From: an uncultured Verrucomicrobiae bacterium
GTDB lineage: Bacteria > Verrucomicrobiota > Verrucomicrobiia > Limisphaerales > Palsa-1400
DNA: 64,000 bases
Assembly (NCBI GenBank): GCA_963702845.1
Contig: OY969763.1
Span: forward strand, 1,344,001 to 1,408,000
Reading direction: 5' to 3'
Below the pieces are notes generated by a model. The model was given only the letters and a program-made list of their open reading frames with translations. It ran no database searches and was not told the DNA's origin. Both the position numbers and the translations under genes were made by a program. Position 1 is the first letter of the stretch; each line of letters begins with the position of its first letter. Shown piece after piece: positions 39,245-48,013 of the stretch.

Positions 39245-40240
39245 GTGGCTGGCCTGTTCACTATCCAGAACGAATTTCGATACGAAATCGTTCGTAAAAT
39301 TTTCGAAGGCGGCATGGGCGTCGTTTACGAAGCAGAGCAACGCGGCGCGCGTGAGTTTGTCAAACGCGTCGCGATGAAGGTTATTCGCCAGAACTACGTT
39401 AATCAAAAACAGTTCATCGATAATTTCATCGGCGAAGCAAAGTTGGTCGCCGACCTCATCCACACCAACATCGTCCAGACCTATCACTTGGGGGAAGCTC
39501 GCGGACTTTACTTCATCAGTATGGAGCTTATTAACGGTGTGAACCTTGAACAGTTCGCATCGGTTCTCAAGCAGAAGGAGCGGGTGCTTCCGTCGGAACT
39601 AGCGGTCTTCATCGTCAGTCGCGTTGCACGTGGTCTCGCTTACGCGCATTCGAAAGCGGATGCGGAAGGGAAGCCTCTGGGGATTGTGCATCGCGACGTC
39701 AGTTTCAAAAACATCATGATCGCTTATGCGGGTGATGTGAAGCTGACCGACTTCGGCATCGCCAAAGCGCGCGGTTTTCTGCAGGACCAGGAAGGCGAAG
39801 TGATCGCAGGCAAAGCCGATTACATGAGCCCCGAGCAGGCTGATTTTCGCATCACGGACAAACGCGCGGACATTTTCTCGTGCGGCGTGGTGCTCGCGCA
39901 TCTGTTGTTAGGCTACAATATTTTCAAGGGTCGCGACGCGGATCAATCGCGCGAGCGGATTCTGAATCTGCCCATTCCAGATTTTCGCCAACTCGATACG
40001 CGCATCGATGATCGACTTAACGAAATTTTGCATCGGACACTGGCGCGAGACATCAATCAGCGCTACCCTAACGCCGATGATTTGTTGTACGATTTGGATA
40101 CTACATTTATCACAAAGGTTACGGGCCGACGAACGAAACACTTGGAAAGTTCATCCGCGAATTGTGCGGCGAGAGCACACACCTCGACCTGCATCAGAAA
40201 CCGCACCCGCCTTTGGAAGAAGCATCCACTGTGCGCCTGA
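39245..40240 (+). CDS. Hanks-type Ser/Thr protein kinase (catalytic domain only; probable frameshift near C-terminus)
   Basis: GGMGVVY, VAMK, HTNIV, HRDVSFKN, DFGIAK, GKADYMSPEQ, DIFSCG. Confidence 0.93.
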   Translation: MAGLFTIQNEFRYEIVRKIFEGGMGVVYEAEQRGAREFVKRVAMKVIRQNYVNQKQFIDNFIGEAKLVADLIHTNIVQTYHLGEARGLYFISMELINGVNLEQFASVLKQKERVLPSELAVFIVSRVARGLAYAHSKADAEGKPLGIVHRDVSFKNIMIAYAGDVKLTDFGIAKARGFLQDQEGEVIAGKADYMSPEQADFRITDKRADIFSCGVVLAHLLLGYNIFKGRDADQSRERILNLPIPDFRQLDTRIDDRLNEILHRTLARDINQRYPNADDLLYDLDTTFITKVTGRRTKHLESSSANCAARAHTSTCIRNRTRLWKKHPLCA

Positions 40241-40306
40241 AATCGCAGAAGGCGCAACAGGATGCAAAATAGCACGCGGACATTCTTGTCCGCGTTTTGA
40301 AGACAC

Positions 40307-41215
40307 GTGAAGAAAGCACCAAACAAAAAGAAGAATTCCAGCACAGTCATTCTGGGGTTAATCCAGACTCGCTGCTCATCTGAGCCCGACCAGAACTCGG
40401 CAAAGACCTACGCGCGGATTGAAGAAGCGGCCAAACGCGGCGCGCAAATTATCTGCACGCAAGAGCTGTATCGTTCGCAATACTTCTGCCAAAAAGAGGA
40501 CCACGACTATTTTGAACTGGCGGAACCGATTCCTGGCCCGAGCACGGAGGCGTTGACCGACATTGCGAAGAAGCACGGCGTCGTCATCATTGCGTCACTT
40601 TTCGAAAAGCGCGCCTCCGGCGTTTATCACAACACCGCAGCAATTATTGATGCGGACGGAAAAATGCTCGGCATCTATCGCAAGATGCACATCCCGGATG
40701 ATCCGCTTTATTACGAGAAGTTTTATTTCACGCCCGGTGACACTGGCTTTCGCGCGTGGCAGACGAAGTTTGGAAGAATCGGCGTGTGCATTTGTTGGGA
40801 CCAGTGGTATCCCGAAGCCGCTCGCCTGACTGCAATGCAGGGGGCTGAGATTTTATTTTATCCCACCGCCATTGGTTGGCATCCGGGAGAAAAAAAGCAG
40901 TACGGTGAGACACAGCATTCCGCGTGGGAAACAATCCAGCGCGGTCACGCCGTCGCGAACGGTTGTTACGTAGCAGTGCCCAACCGCATCGGATTGGAAA
41001 AACCCGCAGGGGGTAGGGGAATTGAATTCTGGGGCCAAAGCTTCGTTGCTGGAACCTCCGGTCAGATTATCGCCAAGGCGAGCCCGGACAAAGAAGAGAT
41101 TCTTTTAGTGCCAGTCGATTTGAACAAAGTGGACGTGACTCGCACGCATTGGCCATTCCTGCGCGACCGTCGTATTGATGCCTACGGCGACTTGTCGCGA
41201 CGGTTCATCGATTAA
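40307..41215 (+). CDS. aguB: Carbon-nitrogen hydrolase, N-carbamoylputrescine amidase type
   Basis: QEL..SQYFCQ, YRKMHIPDDP.YYEKFYFTPGD, ICWDQWYPE, YPTAIGW, WPFLRDRR. Confidence 0.88.
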   Translation: MKKAPNKKKNSSTVILGLIQTRCSSEPDQNSAKTYARIEEAAKRGAQIICTQELYRSQYFCQKEDHDYFELAEPIPGPSTEALTDIAKKHGVVIIASLFEKRASGVYHNTAAIIDADGKMLGIYRKMHIPDDPLYYEKFYFTPGDTGFRAWQTKFGRIGVCICWDQWYPEAARLTAMQGAEILFYPTAIGWHPGEKKQYGETQHSAWETIQRGHAVANGCYVAVPNRIGLEKPAGGRGIEFWGQSFVAGTSGQIIAKASPDKEEILLVPVDLNKVDVTRTHWPFLRDRRIDAYGDLSRRFID

Positions 41216-41216
41216 C

Positions 41217-42074
41217 ATGGCAACGTCTGTTTCGGTTTGGGTCACCGGAGCGGGCGGATTCGTTGGGAATGCCATCGTCCAATCGGCGCCGACTTATGCC
41301 CCGGGTTGGACAATTTTTGCAATCACCCGGCACCAACTCGACCTGACCGATTTCGCCTCGGTCACTGCACGTTTCGATAAAGATAAACCTGATGTCGTAA
41401 TTCACTGCGCTGCGATGGCGCGTAGCCCGGATTGCCAGGCGAATCCAACATTGGCGCGAAAAATAAACACGGACGCAACGGCGCATTTGGCCGAGCTTGC
41501 GCGAAATGGTAGATTCATTTTCTTTTCCACCGATCTGGTCTTTGACGGACGAAATGGAAATTACGTCGAAACTGATTCGCCAAATCCGCTGAGCATCTAC
41601 GCGGAAACCAAGGTTGCCTCCGAAAAAATAATCCTGCAAAACCCGCTTCACACCGTCGTCCGATGTTCCCTCGTCGGTGGGGCTTCACCAAAAGGAAATC
41701 ACTCCTTCAACGAAGACCTTCGCGCCGCCTGGAAAGCGGGTAAAACAACAAAGCTCTTCTATGATGAATATCGAACGCCTGTTCCGGCACCAATTGCCGC
41801 ACGCGCAATTTTGGAAATCGCTACCCGCAACCTCACTGGATTATTCCATCTCGCCGGCGCGGAGAAATTCTCCCGCCTTCAACTTGGCGAACTCGTGGCA
41901 TCGCGTCACCCTGAGTTGACTGCGCGTATTGAGCCCTGTTCACTCCGCGAGTATCAAGGCCCCCCTCGTCCAGCCGATGCTTCCCTCAATTGCGCAAAGC
42001 TCCAAAGTCTGGTTAGCTTTAAGCTGGCAGGATTGAATGAATGGCTTGAACAACATCCAGACGCCGACTTCTGA
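41217..42074 (+). CDS. RmlD-like (dTDP-4-dehydrorhamnose reductase family) SDR
   Basis: VTGAGGFVG, IHCAA, STDLVFDG, YAETK, DEYRTP, RPADASL. Confidence 0.88.
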   Translation: MATSVSVWVTGAGGFVGNAIVQSAPTYAPGWTIFAITRHQLDLTDFASVTARFDKDKPDVVIHCAAMARSPDCQANPTLARKINTDATAHLAELARNGRFIFFSTDLVFDGRNGNYVETDSPNPLSIYAETKVASEKIILQNPLHTVVRCSLVGGASPKGNHSFNEDLRAAWKAGKTTKLFYDEYRTPVPAPIAARAILEIATRNLTGLFHLAGAEKFSRLQLGELVASRHPELTARIEPCSLREYQGPPRPADASLNCAKLQSLVSFKLAGLNEWLEQHPDADF

Positions 42075-42903
42075 TTATCGCGGACGTTTGGCTCCGTCGC
42101 CGACCGGGTATTTGCACTTGGGGCATGCACGGACTTTTTGGACAGCTTTCGAACGCGCCGTCGCGCGCGGCGGCAAACTCATCCTGCGCAACGAAGACCT
42201 CGATCCGCAGCGTTGCAAACCCGAGTTCGTGGACGCGATGTTCGAAGATCTGCGCTGGTTCGGCTTCGAATGGCAAGAAGGTCCAGACATCGGCGGACCC
42301 TTCGCTCCATACACACAGAGCGAACGTCGCCAGTTCTATCTCGCCGCATTTGCTAAACTGAAAGCCGGAGGGTTCGTCTATCCCTGTACCTGCTCGCGCA
42401 AAGATGTCCAACGCGCCATCACTGCGCCGCATGCAGCCGATGACGAACCGATTTATCCCGGCACCTGTCGCAATAAAAAAGTCGACGCAGCAAACACGGC
42501 TCAGGTCAATTGGCGCTTCCGGGTTCCCGACGGCGAAACGATTCGTTTCCACGACGGCAACCTGGATCACCAGAAATTTGTTGCCGGTAGAGATTTCGGC
42601 GATTTCGTTATTTGGCGTCACGACCAGGTCCCGTCTTACCAATTAGCAGTCGTCGCTGATGACGCCGCGATGCAAATCACGGAAGTGGTGCGCGGTGAAG
42701 ACTTGCTAATTTCGACTGCCCGACAATTGCTTGTCTATCGTGCCTTCGGGCTGAAAGCGCCTTCGTTCTATCACTGTCAATTGATGACGGACGATCACGG
42801 TGTGCGTCTCGCAAAACGGCACGATGCTTTGAGCCTTCGTTCATTGCGGGAAGACGGATTGACGCCGGAGGGGATTCGGATGAGTTGGGATTTTCTCGTC
42901 TGA
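42037..42903 (+). CDS. gluQ: tRNA glutamyl-Q(34) synthetase
   Basis: GRLAPSPTGYLHLG, YPCTCSR, YPGTCR, YQLAVVADD, VRGEDL, RLAKR; no anticodon-binding domain. Confidence 0.93.
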   Translation: MNGLNNIQTPTSDYRGRLAPSPTGYLHLGHARTFWTAFERAVARGGKLILRNEDLDPQRCKPEFVDAMFEDLRWFGFEWQEGPDIGGPFAPYTQSERRQFYLAAFAKLKAGGFVYPCTCSRKDVQRAITAPHAADDEPIYPGTCRNKKVDAANTAQVNWRFRVPDGETIRFHDGNLDHQKFVAGRDFGDFVIWRHDQVPSYQLAVVADDAAMQITEVVRGEDLLISTARQLLVYRAFGLKAPSFYHCQLMTDDHGVRLAKRHDALSLRSLREDGLTPEGIRMSWDFLV

Positions 42904-43009
42904 GAAACTTCAAACTCCAATGTTCAAGCAGCACGCTGAACGTTTGCTATGACGCTTGGGTGTTGAAGTTTCTCTGAATTTTGCAGTTTGAATTTTGAAG
43001 TTTTTCCCT

Positions 43010-44272
43010 ATGGTCACAGCATGCCCGAAGCGCTTGCACAAAGGTCCACAAAATCGTTCTCGAAACGCCCGTCTACGACGTCCACACCCATCTGTGTCCA
43101 CCCGCGTTCGGTGAACTGTTCCTCTGGGGCATCGACGATCTGCTCACTTATCATTACTTGATCGCCGAAGTCGTTTCGGCATTCGGACGTGCCCGTACGA
43201 AAAATTCTGGGCCATGTCCAAGACACAGCAGGCCGATTTGATCTGGAACGCGTTATTCATCCAACATTCGCCGATTTCCGAAGCGTGCCGCGGCGTGCTG
43301 ACGACCTTGAACGCTCTTGGTCTCGACGTGAAAAAACGCGACCTCGCCGGCATCCGCCAATGGTTCGCAAAACAAGATCCCGAAGCTTATCTCGACCGCT
43401 GCATGGAAGTGGCAAATGTAAAAACCATTTGCATGACCAACTCGCCGTTTCGACGATTTGGAACGGCCGATTTGGGAAAAGGGTTACAAAGGCGATTCGC
43501 GTTTCGCTCCGGCCCTGCGCATCGATCCATTTCTGCTCAATTGGCCGCAAAGCAGCGTTCACGTTGAAGAAGTGGGGTTACAACGTCACCGCCGACCTAA
43601 ACCAGAAAACCTTGTCCGAAGCCCGGCGCTTCCTCGCCGATTGGACAAAGAAAATCGGCGCACGTTACGTGATGGTTTCGTTGCCGCCGGATTTTCGTTT
43701 TCCCGGCTGAACGCGGTCCGAAAGAAAGCGACTGCGTCCGTCTCATCGAACACGCCGTTCTGCCGCATTGCCGCGAATTCAATCTGCCGTTTGCGGTCAT
43801 GCCCGGCGTCAAACGCGCCATCAATCCGCAACTCCAATTAGCCGGCGACGGCGTGGGCCTGAGCGATTTGCAGCCGCTGGCGACGTTGTGTTCGCAGTTT
43901 CCCGAAAACAAATTCACCATCACCATTCTCTCGCGCGAAAACCAATTCGAACTGACCGTGCTCGCCCGCAAATTCCGCAACCTGCACGTCTTCGGCTGCT
44001 GGTGGTTCAACAACAATCCATCGATCATCGACCAACTCACCCGCATGCGCATCGAGATGCTCGGCCTGAGCTTCACGCCGCAACACTCCGACGCCCGCGT
44101 TCTGGACCAGCTCATATATAAATGGCGTCATTCCCGCGAAGTCATCGGCCGCGTCTTGGTGGAAAAATACGAAGACCTCGCCTAAACTGGCTGGCAACCG
44201 ACCGAAGCGGAGATCAAACGCGACGTCGCCGACCTGTTTGGCGGTGCTTTTGAACGATTTTGCTCCAGATAG
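43010..44272 (+). pseudogene. uxaC: Uronate/glucuronate isomerase (amidohydrolase type), several frameshifts and an in-frame TAA at 44183
   Basis: Fragments DVHTHL, LWGIDDLLTYHYL.AE, SPISEACRGVLT, MTNSPF, NLHVFGCWWF, QHSDARVLDQLIYKW. Lesions may be sequencing errors. Confidence 0.8.
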
Positions 44273-44338
44273 TTGATTGACAGTGACTTGGAGCGTTTCT
44301 GAGGTCTCACCCGGAGGCTTGGGGGAACATCTGGAAAG

Positions 44339-44422
44339 CTCCACCATGCGGTTGAACACCTCCACCATGTGGCTGAACATCTCCACCGTGTGCATCGAGA
44401 GTTTCGCCATTCCTGCTTGCAC
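44339..44422. repeat. Short 21-bp-period tandem array (3 clear + 1 degenerate unit)
   Basis: ctccaccatgcggttgaacac / ctccaccatgtggctgaacat / ctccaccgtgtgcatcgagag / tttcgccattcc... at 44339, 44360, 44381, 44402. Confidence 0.8.
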
Positions 44423-44460
44423 ACAGCCGTTAGCTTTGGCTTTATCTACCGATGTTGCAC

Positions 44461-44740
44461 ATGAAACGTGAGCGAGTGATAAACTTCTATTCCGGTCGTG
44501 TGCAAGGAGTCGGCTTCCGTTACTCGGTTAAGAAAGTAGCAACGGGATATGAAGTCACGGGACAGTGCGCAATCTTGATGACGGCCGCGTCGAGTTGATT
44601 GCCGAAGGACAGAAAGCCGGAGTTGGAAGAATTTTTAGTGGCGATACGCGACTCCGAAGTTGGTCGATTTATTCAGCAACGAGCAGACAAATTGGTCAGA
44701 AGCAAAAAATGAGTTTCGTGGATTTGAAATTGCACATTAG
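44461..44740 (+). CDS. acyP: Acylphosphatase (frameshifted)
   Basis: Hand translation: MKRERVINFYSGRVQGVGFRY...G, then VRNLDDGRVELIAEG, ending FEIAH-stop. Confidence 0.88.
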
Positions 44741-44755
44741 AGTGGGGCAGATGTA

Positions 44756-45479
44756 ATGAAGTACGCCATCATCGCCGACATTCACGCCAATCTTGAGGCG
44801 TTGCAAGTCGTGCTGGACGACATCCAAAAGCAGAAGTGCACGCACATCGCATGCCTTGGCGACGTCGTCGGCTACAATGCCAATCCCAAGGAATGCCTGG
44901 ATATCATTCGGCAGATGAACATTCCCGGTCGTCAAAGGCAATCACGACGAATACTGCTCCACTGACGAAGAACTCGAAGGGTTCAATCCCAACGCCGCTG
45001 AAGCCGTCATCTGGACCCGGCAACAACTCACCGATGATGACCGCAAATGGCTCCGCGACTTGAAGTATGTCCGGCTCGTTTCCAATTTCACCATCGTCCA
45101 CGCAACCTTGGACCAGCCGCAACGCTGGGCTTACGTGTTTGAAAAATTGGACGCCGCGGCCAGTTTCACTTATCAGAACACGGCCGTCTGTTTCTTCGGT
45201 CACACCCACGTCCCGCTCGCGTTCATTCGCGACAGCAGCGTGCGCGGCGGCACCTATTCGAAATTCAAAGTTGAACCGGGTCGGAAATATTTCGTCAACG
45301 TCGGCGCTGTCGGCCAACCTCGCGATGGTATTCCCAAAGCCGGTTATGTCGTTTACGACATGAACGAAGGCTCCATCGAATTGCGCCGCCTCGACTACGA
45401 CATTGCCGCCGTTCAGGCAAAAATCATCAAAGCCGGCCTGCCACAGCGCTTGGCTGACCGACTAGCCATCGGCAAGTAG
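44756..45479 (+). CDS. Metallophosphoesterase (calcineurin-like), frameshift near 44925
   Basis: DIHANLEAL, LGDVVGY, GNHD, VHA, FFGHTH, NVGAVGQPRDG. Confidence 0.92.
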
Positions 45480-46505
45480 TTGAAGATACTCATTCTCAAA
45501 CCGAGCTCGCTGGGTGACGTCATCCAGGCTTTGCCGGTTTTGCGTCTGCTCAAGCGGCACCTGCCCAAAAGCGAAATCTACTGGTGGCTGGACGCCAATC
45601 TCGTCCCGCTCCTCGATGGCGATCCAGACCTCGCCGGCATCTTTCCATTCCAGCGCAAGCGCTGGGCCAGTGCCCATCGGTGGCCCGAAATCGCAACAAG
45701 CATTCGCACCATGCGCGCGAAGAAGTTCGATTACGCCATCGATTTACAAGGCCTCGCTCGCAGTGCTCTTTTTACATGGCTATCCAATGCGGACGTATTC
45801 GTCGGCCTCGATAATCCCCGCGAAGGCGGACGCGAAGGCGCCTGCGCTGTTTATGATTTAACCCCGCCTCGTTGCGCACCCGGCACACATGCCGTCGACC
45901 GTTACGCGGCTGTTCTTCCCTTGTTAAATGTTCCGACCACCTGGGATTTTGACTGGCTACCGCGCCGTGCAACTGTCGCCGATGCCGTGCAATCGAAGTG
46001 GCCAATCGGCAACGAGCCGTGGGTGCTTTTGGTTCCGGGCGCGCGTTGGGAAAACAAACTTTGGCCCGTCGAACATTTCGCAGCCACAGTCAAACTGCTC
46101 GCGAAAAATACAGATCTCAAATTCGCCGTCCTTGGTTCAGGCGACGACAAACAACTCGGCAAAACAATTTCATCAGCGGTGCCCGGACGTGTCCTTGATC
46201 TAACTGGCCAAACGTCTTTGCACGAAATGATCGAGTGGCTTAGGCTGTCGCGTCTTGTCATCGCGAACGATACCGGCCCGATGCACATTGCCGCGGCATT
46301 GGGCAAACCGACCATCGCGCTCTTTGGTCCCACGGACCCGAAGAGCGCCGGCCCCTTCCGACAACTCGACAAAGTGATGCAGTCTGATTCTCCATCCTGC
46401 ATCCCTTGTCTCAAAGGCCGTTGCAGCTATCCAGAACGTATCGCTTGTTTGAAAGCGATCACACCTGAACAGGTCTACGCCAAAGCCTCTGCGCTTCTTT
46501 CTTGA
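45480..46505 (+). CDS. Glycosyltransferase family 9 (LPS heptosyltransferase-like)
   Basis: SSLGDVI, DLQGL.RS, PGARW..K.WP, NDTGPMHIAAALG.P.IALFGPT. Confidence 0.92.
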   Translation: MKILILKPSSLGDVIQALPVLRLLKRHLPKSEIYWWLDANLVPLLDGDPDLAGIFPFQRKRWASAHRWPEIATSIRTMRAKKFDYAIDLQGLARSALFTWLSNADVFVGLDNPREGGREGACAVYDLTPPRCAPGTHAVDRYAAVLPLLNVPTTWDFDWLPRRATVADAVQSKWPIGNEPWVLLVPGARWENKLWPVEHFAATVKLLAKNTDLKFAVLGSGDDKQLGKTISSAVPGRVLDLTGQTSLHEMIEWLRLSRLVIANDTGPMHIAAALGKPTIALFGPTDPKSAGPFRQLDKVMQSDSPSCIPCLKGRCSYPERIACLKAITPEQVYAKASALLS

Positions 46506-46554
46506 GCTGAAAAAAGTCTGTCTCATTGTCCGGCCCGTGGCCATGTATAGGTAG

Positions 46555-48000
46555 ATGCAAATAGTCGGCGACATGGATCTGGTGACGCGGTTTGTGCGCA
46601 CCAACGCGCAGGACGCGTTCGAGGAATTAGTTTCGCGCCACGTCAACCTCGTTTACTCATCCGCAATACGGCAGGTCGGCGATCTGCATCTGGCGCAGGA
46701 AGTGACTCAAGCCGTTTTTATCATCTTCGCACGCAAAGCATCGTCGCTGGGTACGGACACGATCGTTTCCGCGTGGCTCTATCGCACGACCAAATTCGCC
46801 GCTGCCGATGCGTTGAAACAACGGCGCCGTCGCGAAAGGCGGGAACACGAGGCTTACATGCAATCTACGATTGAAGCCACAGCCATCGGGAACACCTGGA
46901 ACGAAATTGCACCCGACGTTGACAGCGCGATTGCAACCCTTAGCGAAACCGATCGTCGCGTTATTTTGCTTCGGTTCTTCGAAAACAAAGCACTGACGGA
47001 AGTAGCAGGCGCTCTTGGCATCCAGGAACGAGCCGCGCAAAAGCGGGTCTCTCGCGCCCTGGAAAAACTGCGCGCGTTCTTCTCAAAACGCGGCGTTGCC
47101 GTCACAACCGTGACCATCTCAGCAGCAATTTCAGCAAATTCCGTTCAAGCCGCGCCCGCCGGATTGGTGCCGGCAGTCACCACCGTTGCAGTCGCAAAAG
47201 GAGCTGCCGCTAGCACGTCAACCATCACACTTGTTAAAGGAGTATTGAAGATTATGGCCTGGACCAAAATGAAAACCATTACTGTAACGGCGCTCGCCAT
47301 CATACTCGCCGCTGGAACCACTACGATTGTGGCGTCAAAAACGCTGAGCAAGTTGCAATCAGACGATCCTCGCATGTGGGAGTTGAACAGCCAAACGTTA
47401 GATAGTCTGCCCCCAATGCTTGTCATTCGACCCACGAAATTTCCGTCATCTGGCGGTATGGTGCGCAGTTCAAAACAGAGGTCCGTGGGGCGTAACGCGG
47501 CAATCCAAAGTCTTTTGGTGGCTGCGTATAATCGCAGTTCAACGCGAATGGTTCTTCCGTCGGAGCTGCCGGATGGACGATATGATTATCTTTCCACCGT
47601 GCCTGCGCCGGAAAAAGCCCTACATGACGAAATCGAAAAACAGTTCCATCTTAAAAGTCATGTGGAAACGCGCGAGACTGATGTGCTGGCTCTCAAATTG
47701 AAAAATCCAAACGCGTCGGGATTGCGTGCCGGCAAGGGCTCTGGAGGTGGAATACACTCGTCGCAACGCGAAATAGCGTGGAACAATATGCGCATGGAAA
47801 GCGTCGGCAGCAACATGGAATGGTACTTTGGACTGCCGGTCGTGGATAAAACGGGGAACACCCGGAAATATGACATGACGTTGCGCTGGAGTGGTGACGA
47901 CCGGGAGGCAATCAAAAAGGCTCTGCTCGAGCAACTCGGACTCGAACTGGTGCCGTCGCGCGAGCGCATCGAATTGCTCGTCGTCGAACGCGTGCCTTGA
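46555..48000 (+). CDS. ECF sigma-70 factor fused to TM helix and DUF3738 (TIGR03435)-like domain
   Basis: AFEELV.RH..LVY, AQEVTQAVF, WLYR, ILLRFFE, KRVSRALEKLR; C-terminus PVVDKTG...YD..L.W, L.EQLGL.LVP.R..IE.LVVE. Confidence 0.9.
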   Translation: MQIVGDMDLVTRFVRTNAQDAFEELVSRHVNLVYSSAIRQVGDLHLAQEVTQAVFIIFARKASSLGTDTIVSAWLYRTTKFAAADALKQRRRRERREHEAYMQSTIEATAIGNTWNEIAPDVDSAIATLSETDRRVILLRFFENKALTEVAGALGIQERAAQKRVSRALEKLRAFFSKRGVAVTTVTISAAISANSVQAAPAGLVPAVTTVAVAKGAAASTSTITLVKGVLKIMAWTKMKTITVTALAIILAAGTTTIVASKTLSKLQSDDPRMWELNSQTLDSLPPMLVIRPTKFPSSGGMVRSSKQRSVGRNAAIQSLLVAAYNRSSTRMVLPSELPDGRYDYLSTVPAPEKALHDEIEKQFHLKSHVETRETDVLALKLKNPNASGLRAGKGSGGGIHSSQREIAWNNMRMESVGSNMEWYFGLPVVDKTGNTRKYDMTLRWSGDDREAIKKALLEQLGLELVPSRERIELLVVERVP

Positions 48001-48013
48001 TCGCAGCGACAGC

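Noticed and set aside
44183..44185. Stop-codon readthrough/recoding in uxaC
   Set aside because: A single TAA inside an error-dense patch; TAA terminates many other genes normally in this window.
44453..44468. parS-like site TGTTGCACATGAAACG
   Set aside because: Three mismatches to TGTTTCACGTGAAACA, overlaps the acyP start, single copy.
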